A stretch of DNA of 63,398 nt, filler included, from Lenisia limosa (taxonomy: Eukaryota > Protista > Breviatea): assembly GCA_001655205.1 (NCBI GenBank). It is 8 parts of 8 records of this genome, joined end to end, with 100 filler letters (N's around TTAATTAATTAA, not from the genome) between each part and the next. Parts side by side here need not be neighbours in the genome. Positions count along the whole stretch, not along the records: positions 20,518 to 33,147 come from LPNZ01004958.1; positions 33,248 to 35,356 come from LPNZ01002903.1; positions 35,457 to 47,507 come from LPNZ01010093.1; 5 more parts are not named here. One strand, written 5' to 3'. A program made the translations under genes and the position numbers. The notes under the pieces are model-generated. The model had not been told where the DNA came from. It did not search any database and was given only the letters and a program-made list of their open reading frames with translations. Position 1 is the first letter of the stretch; each line of letters begins with the position of its first letter. Shown here in pieces: positions 25,430 to 39,700 of the stretch.

Positions 25430-28250
25430 AAATGGCAACTCATACCATTAATCAATCTTCATTATTATATCAATCATTATTCATCAAATATGTTGAAATC
25501 AATCATTGGCCAATAATATGGAACCCAACCCTTGTACCGACTGAGAAGGAATTTTCACCAAACAGGTCAGATGCATTTGTCATTGGTCTTGCCATTTGTG
25601 TCCGTTTTGTTCGTTTACGCCACTTTCGCAGCACTGTAAGATAGAAACATTGATTGCCTACATGGCTGACATAATACCGATGATGAGAGAACAGCGGGCT
25701 GATTTTCTCAGGTTCCTTATTTCAACATATCATATCATACGAATATTAGGTTGAAAAGCAATAATGAGGATATTCCCATACCATCATCATGGCCTCATGC
25801 GCTCTATTATTGTCCTTCTTTGTAACATTCGTTAACGCAGTAATTGCATAGATTGCCCCCAGGTACACAAACCCGAAGTAATCCTGAAAGTTATTATGGT
25901 AAGGAAGAGGAATTTTGGTTAATCACTCAAAAAGAGGATTACAATTTCTGCACGAAGTTCATTAATCATTTCCAATTTTTATGCTCTTCTTTCTATTCCT
26001 TTTCCAAATCTTGACCCAATAGACCTCATGAACCTCGGGTACTCTCAGGAGATGTTTCAAAACATATCGCTCTCTCAAAGAGCAGACATTGATGAATCGC
26101 TGCTTCTTCTTCAAAATGAGTGTCAAAACAGTAAGTGGATCAATTCCAACGTTTTAACAGTTAAATTCTGCTCACCTTCCAGATACCGACCTAATAAACC
26201 TGTTAACAGCCAAGCTTGATGACTTGACCAATGAACTTCATGATTTACGAGGATCATTCAACATACTTGAGAAGTTCGTATCAGAATCTTTGTTTGCTGA
26301 ATGTGGGAGGTAGCGGGTGTTATATAATATATCAAATAACATATGATACACACACAAGTTTATTTCCCTTGTCACCGACATGTATGCTATAAAAAGTTGA
26401 GACTTACTTTGAACATATCGCATTGTCATACTATGCAGATATCGCTTAATATCTTTATTTCTCATCTCCGTATGATGCAGGGGAATAAATACGTCCACCC
26501 CATGGAGTACAAAATTGACCAATTTAGATTCCACGGTTGTCTTCGTGTCATCAACAAAATCTGGGGCTATCACCATCCCAAGAAATGGAACAATTAATCA
26601 AATCAAGTTTGAAGGGCACCTTATTTGATGAATTATTGGAGGGTTTTTTTTGTATGTATTCGCAATGAGCTATTATTATTGACCTCAGAATAATTTCCAT
26701 TTCTTTAACTCTCAATATTCTAAGTTTGTAGTATTCAATAAACTTCTGTTATTATTATTAATATAGCAGTATATGATATTTTATGAATTACCAATGCTAC
26801 TTTTGTCATTGATGCAAGTATTTATTTATGATTTTGCAGAATCGAACATATCAGCGGAAACCTTGGTCCTTTTTGCTCCGGATCCGAGGTGGTTTGTCCA
26901 GACAACGATAAACGTAAGCAGTTTTAAAATTAGGGAATCGATAAAATCCAACCACATTCATTTCTTTGTTACTGTCAACACTTGAGAGAGAAGGTTTCAG
27001 TTCAATTATCTGAAAGATGTCATTGTCCAATCCTGATTGTTAATCTTGGTAACATACTTATGTAATATATCATATGCATATGGGATAACCTTTCACCCTT
27101 GACTGTTTAGTGGTGGTGTACTTGGTTAACGAAGGAGGTACCCTTGTCTTCCCAACTGGTACGAATGGCAACACAACATTGATGCCATTTTATCATGCTG
27201 TACATCAATATCCAGGTTCCGAACCAACCTTTCCTCCGACAGTAACGGCAATTTCCACTCCTGCCAACTTTCCGCACAGGTCAAAGTTTGTGTGCCCTTG
27301 CCAATTCACAATCCAGAGAGACTTTCACGTTTACATCCAAATGGATTTGCTCTGTATCCATTATATATAACATTGAAGTTGAGTAGGGAAAACAATTTAC
27401 TCCTCACCGTTTAGCTATGACTATGCCTATGCATATCCGTCGTGTGCTTGTAATGCTGATGTGTGGGTTGGGTGCTCAAAGCGGCAAAAAGGTTGACTGA
27501 TTTTATGTGCTATTGAAATAGTTCATTATAAAACCATCCATCATTTCAGTCATTTCTTATTTCCTCATTCATTCAGGTTAACTGGTACCGGTACTCTGAA
27601 TGTTCCCATTCAAGCCACAGAGTATAACATTGAGTTTGTGGGAACGTTCTAAATAGTGTTTCACTGCTATCTAAAAAAGCAGTCAATTTTGGGACGGTAT
27701 TGAAGCCGAAGCTACAAATTAAATGGCATTTTGACCAACTACCGCCCTTGGATATGCTGAAGTATACACCATTCAATTAGGTTGTGATATAATTTGACAT
27801 ATTTTTACATAAAGCAACTTTGTTTAGAATATGTCTTGCAATTTCAAAATTATTTTTCAATGAATTGCTCGGAGTCAGTGTTCAAAACAGCAAAAATTCC
27901 TCTCAAGATAGTAATATTTGAATGCACCTGAAATATTTTTTTGCTTGTTTTGGATAATTAGTATCACAGCCAATCAACCGTCAGAAATATATATCATTCA
28001 CTGCGATGATATGACAATTTATCAAAGGTTTGATGGGAGTCATTACTTTAGCTTCACTTTAGTCCGAAAATATAGCGGTAAAATTTCGATAGTTTTTGAA
28101 GAATAATGGAGATACTAGGTACTTTTCGAAACGAAGAGAAGCCCCCCTTCATTTCCCTTTTAGTTACGAAACGGATGACGCAACGCAAGAAGAAGGGTTC
28201 ACTGCCACTTATTCCCACTATGCCACAACACCGGTTTGTTGACATCAGAC
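25430..28250 (+). CDS. Multi-exon gene, CUB-domain-like protein; ends approximate
   Basis: A chain of GT-AG exons, including DLMNLGYSQEMFQNISLSQRADIDESLLLLQNECQN|TDLINLLTAKLDDLTNELHDLRGSFNILEKF and YETDDATQEEGFTATYS (28160-28225); the last resembles the CUB C-terminal F.SD.S....GF.A.Y motif. Confidence 0.45.
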
Positions 28251-28409
28251 CGTAGCATTTCGATAATGATACATAGCAATGAGAAATTAAAAATAATTTT
28301 GTATCTGGCCAAGATATTGGATTATAGTATTAATTCACCCAATCATTTCCCTTACAACTCTGTGCACACAGCTTTCTGCGTGCCTCCCCAGCATACTTAC
28401 CAAGTTCAA

Positions 28410-31400
28410 TGTAATACAATGCAATAATATGTATCGTATATATTCACAAGAAAAACGAACAAATGGTTTAACTCTTTGCCAACTTTTTCAATTTTAGCAT
28501 TTTGGGCTGGTTTGAAAGGGGAAATCCCGCTTTGATTTGGAGTTACTTGCTGAAAAAGATCATACCACGTAGTAAGATTGGAGCATGAATATTGAGAATG
28601 AAAAATCAACATTGGATGTGTGACAAACCTCTTTCCTTTGTGGGGAACTCAAGAACTGATTTTCATACGTCTGATCCAACATATAAGGAGGAACCTCGGG
28701 GAGGGGCGGCGGTCGTGAGATGTTTTCTCGTAACAAACGGGACCGTCGGGAGTTTGCAGGAGACTGGTTGAGGAACCGAGCTTGGCGAGGGTTGGTGGGC
28801 TGAGCTTGCTCGGCTGGTGGAATGGGAGGCTCGTGTCTTATGGGTGGAGAAGATGGTGCTTCCCTCTTGTGGAGAGGCGTGATCCCTAGAAACATTTCCT
28901 CATAATTCTCGTCCAGCATGTAAGGGGGNNNNNNNNNNATACATAGTATAAGTACACAGAGTTGTAAGGCAAATGATTGGGTGAATTAATATTAGACTAT
29001 AATCCAATATCTCTTATAAGCGTGTGATGGTGAAGACGGCTTCGACCAGATACAACCTTATTTCTCATTGCTATATATTGAGTACCCCTAAGTGGAACAA
29101 ATAACAATGTTGGTTTTGCACCCACTTTTTAGGGTCTTTCCAGGCCAACTGAAGTACACGGGGACAACCGTGAAGTGTGGACCACTGTAAGTTGAAGAAT
29201 TCATGTTATCACAAATGCCTCTAGTGCATTCTTATTTTGGTACATTTATCTTCATTTGGTTCTGATGATACTCCAATAAGTAGTATGTCTGGGAACCCCT
29301 TTGCGTGACAAAAACCTCTACGTTCAGAAAGGGGTTCAGACATACTACTCTAATAGTACTGATTTCTTAGGATGCCACATGTATCTTGTTGGCAACTCTT
29401 TTTCGACAAAAAAAATACCACGTCTAATTTTCACCTTTGTCAGCTTTCTGAAACTGTCACAGCCGGCGACCAATACTTCTTAAAAGTAGGTAAAATAGAG
29501 CGATATTATAAAGTTACTGGTATTTTGAATGCAAATTTTATCTTCATTACCATTTCTCACTGTCAAGTCAGTTCTCAATCTACCTGACTCGTGTGTGGAC
29601 ACGGATGACATGTTTGGGGTTGGTGGGGATGACATGTTCAGATTCTTGTTTGGTGGGTTCATGATTATTGGATCTGTGTTGTTATTAAGGCTAAATAGGA
29701 AATTGTTATACCTTCTATGTATCAAATGTCATAATTATTTTGAAATATTACTTACTTTTCAGCTCTTCTTCAGAGTGTCTTTCCTTTTTGAGTAATCAAC
29801 ACAACAGAACACAACTTCAATTTGGGTTTATGGGGATGTAATTTAGTACAGTAATGTCATTGGGTTCAAACTTGTTTCGGACATCTTCTCAGGTATTAAC
29901 GGCCTCCCAACATACACGCCCAAGTGGAGTATCGATATTATCCTATTTTTTTGGAAACGGCATGACAGAACATCTTAANNNNNNNNNNNNNNNNNNNNNN
30001 NNNNNNNNNNNNNNNNNNNNNNNNNNNNNNNNNNNNNNNNNNNNNNNNNNNNNNNNNTGATCAGGCCAGGGCAGATAGACGGGGGAAATACATTGTCAGG
30101 AAACACGAGTAAAATACACTAAAATCAGGAAGAATCAGAAGTTCAATTGCAGAACCAATACCATGGGGAGAGAGACGAGCGGGTGAGGGCGTTTAACCTG
30201 GCACACCAGTCACATTCATTCCAACGAAGTCGGAATAGAGAGCGTCGCTGCAGTTGTTGTTTTGGCACCAGTCCAGGATGATAGCCTGAAGCGCGGCTAC
30301 TGCGTCAGTTGCAGGAGGAAAAATGCAGATTATGAAGTAAAATAAAACCCAAGTCAACTTTGTTGGAGCTTTTGGGAAACACACGAAGTCAGCAGAAACG
30401 GCCACATACCTTTCTTTATGTCCAACTTTGAGAAGAGCTTTATGAGTGATGGAGTGCTGGCAACATCACTAAACAGATGAAAGGATACGAGGCAAATAAA
30501 GAGAAGTTGAAATGGTAAGTAGGACTTCCCTACGGTCCGAAAAAGACCGTTTAAATATCGATATTTATCGAGGATTTATCGAGAGATTCGGTCTTTTTTG
30601 GGATCGTAGGGAAGCCCTAATGGTAAGCTACATATCAGCAGAAGAGTTCAACAAGTCAGGACCGCATGTAAAAACAAATGAGCTGATGGCACAATAAGGG
30701 CAGCATTCCGCTTACAGGAGGAAGTTGGCAAGGTGAGGCATTGGGAGGCATGGCTCTTTTGAGTATCGTTCGTGAGGTGATTGGCTATGGTAGAGAATCT
30801 GAAGGATCATGGAAATGTCTTAAACACCCCTCTCTCAACATCTCCTGGTAAAACATTGGGGATACGAGGCGCTTAGTGCTATAATAATACAGGGTATAAT
30901 AATATAGGGTATGTAGCATATTATATACAGTGACCGGGATAAGTCTTGACCGATTTTGCTTGAGGTCATTTATCCCGGGTACTGCACCCCGTCACTCAAC
31001 CGGAGTGAGGGGGGATGATACCCCCACCCCTCCTNNNNNNNNNNNNNNNNNNNNNNNNNNNNNNNNNNNNNNNNNNNNNNNNNNNNNNNNNNNATAGCTG
31101 AACGATATGACGTCACCATTTTGAGGGGGTCCCAGTTGTAGAACTACAAAGATCAGCCAAAGGAATGCCGGAAGTAGAGTAACCGGGATAAGTCTTGACC
31201 GATTTGCTGTGTGATTTCCTAAGGAAAATCTGTCAAGACTTTCCCTGGTCTGATGGCTTTTATAACCGACAGCGAAGGGCGATAAAGACTCGAATAATTC
31301 CCTCTCCGCATTTCCCCTCATAAGGCCTTCTCAAAAGAAGCCACGGACAAACCCTCTTATTACGCTTCCCTACGGTCCCGAAAAAAACAATTTCTCGATA

Positions 31401-33147
31401 AATTCTCGATATTTTATCGGTCTCGGGCCGTAGGGAAGCCCTATACAAAAGGCATTCTCAAAACAAGCCACTGACAAACCTTCTTATTATGCCTCATACA
31501 AAAAGCCCCATACAAACCTTCTTATTATGTGTCATGCGTTTGACTGGGATGAAGTGGGGGCCCATACAGAGCAAAATCGTCAGAAGGTTCCAATGAAATT
31601 TGGTGACAAAGTAGAGGATTCCTTCACCCTGGTGAGGGGGGGGGGGTAAAATTGGAAAATTTATGAAACATAAAGCCCAAGGTTCCAAAGAGAACAATAA
31701 AATATCATAGTTTTCGAGGATTTATCGAGAAATTCAATCTTTTTTGAACTGAAGTGAAACCCTGAATGGAACCCTGAGCCAACTTTGTCGTTGAGTTTGT
31801 GGATTTGTTCGGGATATCGCATGAGGCTGGAACAGTCAAAACGGCAGAAGGAATCCCACCCATTCCTTTTCTGAGAGTAGTATGCGTTGAGATGAGATGA
31901 AATGAGAAATAAAAACAGGTAAAGTATCTTGCCGAAGCTGTCCACCATCACCGCACACGGCTAAGTGAAAATTGCCCCGTGAGCGGGAGAGTAGTTTGAA
32001 AGGTGATAGCTTAACACCCTTTGGTCCTCATTATGACTCTTGCAAACCTTTGAGTGAGATGCCTTCTTAAAATGGGGTGGTCAGAGTGGAAGAGCTCAAG
32101 ATTGTCCCATAAGAAGTTTGGCGAAACAGGCGGCACCGAGAAGCTGCTGGCTGAGAAGGCGGACAAAATGGGTTCGAAGAAGGAGCTTGTTGGAGGGCTG
32201 CTGGAGCTGGGCGGACCTGTGGGTAAGGGGGGTTATCGGAAATTGTCTGAAAACATCTGTAGATACAAAACAGGATTTATAATTTTCTTGAACACAAAAA
32301 TCCCTTTTAACTCTTTTAATTTTACAATTGAAGAACTAACACAACTTTTTTTAAAAAACCGTCCCTTTTTAGAACACCGTATTCTCCCCCGGTTTCATTT
32401 GTTCAAGAAATTTTTTCTTTCCATCAAAAAGAACCGAGCCTACTTGGGGTACTTGGAGGAGGAGGCTGAAGAGTAGGTTGAAGAGGAGTAGGTTGAGTAG
32501 GTTGAAGCGGGGGTCGCGGCGGCGGGGATTTTTGCCTCCGGAAAGGAGTCAATACTTTGTTTTTCTCGTTCTGAAGAGCAGCCGTGACCGGACCAATGCG
32601 ACCAGTTCGCTCCGTGTAGTTCTGCGACCTTGGGTTCCAGAACTGATCAATTTGAGATTGCAATGTTCGTGGCATCTCGGCGGTGACGAGAGGGGTGGCT
32701 GGATTGTTAGAGTTGTCTTCCTTATTGGGATGACACATCGATTTTCAGACGGCAAATCTGTTTTTCTCGATCAGTCAAGACTACCCTAAGTCAGTATATA
32801 TGCCACATAATTACATGACTAAATAAGAACAGAGTATATCCAATGCAATACTCCATAATTGAATTACATACAAACATATATGTCTAACCAAGGTCAGTAT
32901 GTATGTATATCTGCTAGTATTGATAAATCGTCTATGAATCCTCGAATCCTCACGCAGTATACCACCACTCACGCCAGGGTAAAGACGAGATTTCCTCGGG
33001 CGGCAAGATAGAAGCAGTTATACCCGACGAGGCTTCCGGGGCAATGTTCGATACATTTGGGGTAACGTCCGGGACCGAATCTGAGGCAGAAGTGGCATCC
33101 AGGGGTGATTCGGACTCTGATGGCGACGGACGGGGTGGCGTTGATCC
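28410..33147 (-). CDS. Multi-exon gene(s), Pro/Ser-rich protein of unknown function; partial
   Basis: Pro-rich ORFs 28560-28919 and 32424-32738, plus exons GEGILYFVTKFHWNLLTILL (31565-31628), AVAALQAIILDWCQNNNCSDALYSDF (30200-30300) and PPVSPNFLWDNLELFHSDHPILRRHLTQ (32050-32225) with canonical splice sites. Confidence 0.45.
28955..29075 (+). repeat. Dispersed non-TIR ~120-130 bp element (most complete copy; about 14 copies in window)
   Basis: Consensus CACAGAGTTGTAAGGCAAATGATTGGGTGAATT...ATAATCCAATATCTCTTATAAGCGTGTGATGGTG.GACGGCTTCGGCCAGATACAACCTT...TATTTCTCATTGCTA. Other copies at 13643, 14505, 15465, 21800, 28275, 31905, 48293, 51120, 53730, 54050, 55983, 57790 and 59485. Confidence 0.85.
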
Positions 33148-33389
33148 NNNNNNNNNNNNNNNNNNNNNNNNNNNNNNNNNNNNNNNNNNNNTTAATTAAT
33201 TAANNNNNNNNNNNNNNNNNNNNNNNNNNNNNNNNNNNNNNNNNNNNACAACACAACAAACAAAGCCCAGGCCAATCGCTTCTGCAGCACCATATCCCAC
33301 AAAAAACTTCAATTTGTTCCAAATAGTTTAATGTAATATTGTAACAAGAATAGCTTTCAAGATGATAGTTGTATTACAATTGTCATATC

Positions 33390-35290
<1,901 letters not shown>

Positions 35291-35807
35291 TATAAGATAT
35301 ATAGGTGGAGGCACATGAGTGTGGGCACCCACATGAGTGTGGGCACTTTTTCATTTNNNNNNNNNNNNNNNNNNNNNNNNNNNNNNNNNNNNNNNNNNNN
35401 TTAATTAATTAANNNNNNNNNNNNNNNNNNNNNNNNNNNNNNNNNNNNNNNNNNNNATATAAGGAGGGGTGGGGGGTAAAACGAAAAAACATCTACGAAT
35501 ACGAAAAATATTGGTATGTAAATGTACATGTAGCCTTGGAAGTTCATATCATTCATATCCTATAAATGGGAGAAGCAAAAGTCAACCATTTGAGTTCAAA
35601 AGGACCATTAAGGGTGTTCAAAACTAGTTTTTTATAACTAGTAATTCAGCCTCATTTCAGCGCAGTGCCCCCCCCCCCCCNNNNNNNNNNNNNNNNNNNN
35701 NNNNNNNNNNNNNNNNNNNNNNNNNNNNNNNNNNNNNNNNNNNNNNNNNNNNNNNNNNNNNNNNNNNNNNNNNNNNNNNNNNNNNNNNNNNNNNNNNNNN
35801 NNNNNNN

Positions 35808-36300
35808 ACAACAGTGCTCCGAATGTGTGACGAAATACGAAGTAAATTCTCCAAGCTTCTCACCTTTTGGGTGAGACTGTGACGATATGAATTTGATTTA
35901 AACGATGGGTTATTTATATTATTGATATTCGCCTTCGTACCCCACTAACCAGGTTCATAGCATTCACATTGATGTTCACTGAATCACCATAGGATGCCTC
36001 TGCTGACTTAATCTACCAAATTACTGGCTGTTGATCCAAGAAATAGTAAATATAGAGTTGTTTGTCAAGCTCAATATTCTACAGAAAAGTGGTTTTGATA
36101 ACAATCGACCATTTCAATGTAACGCCTTGAGTTCAACAAACCTCAGCCAGAGAAATAAGGGTCTCAATACATTTGGAGGCAACTGAGACGGTCTCATCCA
36201 CGTTTTTATGGAGATCCTAAAATGGAAATGGGTTGTTGGTTACATAGCGCAAATTATCTCTCACCTCTTGATGCTGCTCAAACGCAGATTTCCCATCCAT
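35808..36300 (-). CDS. Small helical protein, possibly Mediator Med22-like; 3' end in gap
   Basis: ATG at 36300; MDGKSAFEQHQE|DLHKNVDETVSVASKCIETLISLAE|...IKSAEASYGDSVNINVNAMNL|..LTQKVRSLENLLRISSHIRST. The Med22 resemblance is weak and from memory only. Confidence 0.45.
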
Positions 36301-36772
36301 TTTATGGTTTTAAGGGATCCTCAAGTTATAATCACACCCGAAGTTACAGAGTTCACAGGTTTACAGTGGGATGTAACTGTGTAGCAATAGGGGTAAATGG
36401 AATGAAAGTGAAGAGGGTGAGTTGGGGGGGAACTACAAACTCTATCACAACAACACTACTACGTGACTACTACCCACACACAATACCTGCACAATACGAC
36501 AAGGACCGAGCGAAAGGAGCTTGAACGGAAAAGGGGCCCTGGTTGGGTAATCCCAGATCACATGGATCACTCCAACTATTGGCTTTGTGTGACTGTGGTG
36601 AGAGTTTCAGGACTCTGTCGCTGTCTGTGGGGAATTTTACACACTTGTTAACCTCTTGCCTCATGTTAGCCAACGGGGGAGGGTCGTGTTATCCGTCCAC
36701 AATTGGTACAAACTCCCTTTACATTTCTAACTGTCAAAACAAAAAAAAAAGATAAACAGAAACAACAACAGC

Positions 36773-39700
36773 CTAGTGGAGCTGGGTTAATTCCTCCTCG
36801 TCACCTTGGTCTAAAGAATTAGCGCGACAATAAGAACTGAGAGAAATGGCCGGGAGAACATGCGAACAAAAACCAAAGAGTAGGAGCACAACAAGAGTTT
36901 ACAAGAATTCATGTTAGGCCAGACGAGCAAGAACATATAGGCGCAACTCCAACAAAACCGCTTACTGTCGAAGGCGAAGCCGGTCTGCTTGCTGCGGACG
37001 GAGGTGAGAAAGACCGCGGCATCGCCGGCAGCCTGGGGGCGGGTCCCAGGGTTCTTCTTCATTCTCCCAATCTAGGGGGTCAGATGTCTACAAGGAGGGG
37101 TGGGGGACAATTGATCAAGGAGAAAAAAAAAAAGGGGGGNNNNNNNNNNNNNNNNNNNNNNNNNNNNNNNNNNNNNNNNNNNNNNNNNNNNNNNNNNNNN
37201 NNNNNNNNNNNNNNNNNNNNNNNNNNNNNNNNNNTATGGTAGGGTTCGGGCCAGAACGTGCGCTTCATGGTCTGAAACATTACAAAATGAAGAATTGAAA
37301 CGGTACGAAGAAAATGGAATTGCAGTGTGTTTGACAATTGGAGTACAGTATTTTACTTTGTATACATATATATTCCCCCCAGAAGACTATCAGAAGACAA
37401 AAGGAGAGAATCTCACCTTGTAGGTGTAATCTCTGAAGAGGACAATGGTGGGAACGATGACAATGATGGCCCAGAAGAGGGGGGTGTGGGACATCAAGCG
37501 GTCGAACATCATATACATCTCCGAGGCCATGGGGAAGGTAGCAAAGAAGAAGGAGTAGACAAACATGAACAGGAACCACACAAGGATACTGCCCCAGGTG
37601 GTGATGTGGTTCAGAGCGGTCCAGTATGAAGTCTCAAGCGCGATCTGAAACCGTTAAAAATACAAAAAAAAAACCAGGTGAATGAACGCAATAAAAGCAA
37701 ACTTTGATAAAGGATAAGGGGGANNNNNNNNNNNNNNNNNNNNNNNNNNNNNNNNNNNNNNNNNNNNNNNNNNNNNNNNNNNNNNNNNNNNNNNNNNNNN
37801 NNNNNNNNNNNNNNNNNNNNNNNAAAAGACAGGTTAAACATCGATAATTTTTGAAGATTTATCGAGAATTTCAGTCTTTTTTCGAACCAAAGTGAAGCCC
37901 TACACGCTTAGCAGACCTTGAGATTGACGGTAATGATGATGCAGGTGTACGTGATTGTTCCTTGAACCCAAAGGCCGCTAGCCTGGCCGTTTTCGGAGAG
38001 GACGCTGTGGCCAACCTGGAGAGGGGAGGGGGTGATCGAATGCAACGCGTTGATAAGTAACTACAACCGGGTACACGTCGACATCACGTCAACCCCCTTA
38101 CAGCAAGAGTAGGAAGGTAGAAGAGAAGGAGACTGTGGAGAATGGAGGTAGCAACCCACTTCCAGAACACCTTTTGGTTGAAGTAGTACTACAAGAATGA
38201 GAGGTATTACGGTTGAAGACGACAGTAACGCCCAATATTAAACTGGTAAATATGTATATTTTACATTAACAATAGAGGCGATCTTCAACAAGTGAATCAA
38301 CTAATAAAAGCCTACAGATTTCTGTCCAGGAATGTAGAGCTGAGGGTACTCCTCGGCAAGGCTAATAGCAACATCCTGATAGGTTAGGGGGGGGGGGGGT
38401 ANNNNNNNNNNNNNNNNNNNNNNNNNNNNNNNNNNNNNNNNNNNNNNNNNNNNNNNNNNNNNNNNNNNNNNNNATACCTGGTTGAAAATACCATAGGCGA
38501 TGATAGGGAGGGAGGTGAACGCCACATTGTAGAGCGAAAGGGACCATTGTTCGTAGTGAGTTTGACCGCTAAACAATCAGAATGATATGTCATGCCATCC
38601 ACATCATCGCGTTCATAGTTGAAGAAATCAAGTGTGCCTACGGTCCCAAAAAAGACTGAATTTATCGATAAATTCTCGATAAATATCGATATTTTCAAGG
38701 TTCTTTTAGGATCGTAGGGAAGCACAAATTAAAAGCCATGATGACTGGCCACTAACGAAAGAAACCCTGCTTACGAAAAACCATTGTTGAAGGTAAACCA
38801 CATCTGAGTGAGATAGAGGGTGATGTTCTTGTAGAAAGAGTACACGATGACCTAATGTGTCAATGATTGTTGAACCTTTAGCCCAGGTAAGGAGGCTGAT
38901 GCATTCTCGGGGTTTTTTTATTTTTTATTTTCCATTTTGAATGTCAATGAACCTCATTTTGAGCAGTACCTCCGGCTTTGCTTACCTTAGCAATTCTCTG
39001 GTAGGAGTATCGGCCGTGGACAAGAAGGAGGCGTTTGAGGTACTTGAACTGGGCAATTGCGTAATCGGCAGATCTAGGAAGTAAAACACTGAACGACACT
39101 AGAAATAACAGCACTCAACTATCTTTGATTTTGACATTCTACTCTGCCATTACGTTGTCATACCTGGCAGCTTGGAGGCCTTCTTCACCACTGATTCCGA
39201 TTCCGACATGGGCAGCCTAGATCATGAGAATGACTTACGATAACTCCAGTGAAATAATGGTAATACAATGCAAGAAGCAGCCCTGTACCTGGATCATGGA
39301 AACATCGTTGGCACCGTCACCGATGGCAAGGGTGATGGCATGCTGGTTTTCCTTGACCAGGGTGACGACAAGAGCCTTTTGCAGGGGTGACACACGACAG
39401 CAGACCACAGCCTATAGAGTTATACAATGGTGCAGAAGGCTTCGTTCGACTGGATACATTACAATAACTATTTATCATCCTTAACGAATGGCACTGTATC
39501 ATTATGTGAAAAAAAAAAAGTGTATTTGAAGGGAGCTGCCGCCTACCTTGCACAGCTTGCAGAGTTCAAGGAAGACGAGCTTGATGGAGTCCTCGAGGGC
39601 AAAAGCAAGGGTGAAACCGTCGATGATGAGTCCAAGAGGGGAACTACGTGACCTGGCGTTGTCGTACTCCTACAATGGGTCAGTTCGCTTCAGGAAGAAA

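Noticed and set aside
21976-30619. hAT MITEs as introners
   Set aside because: Their ends do not coincide with splice sites; they lie inside longer introns.
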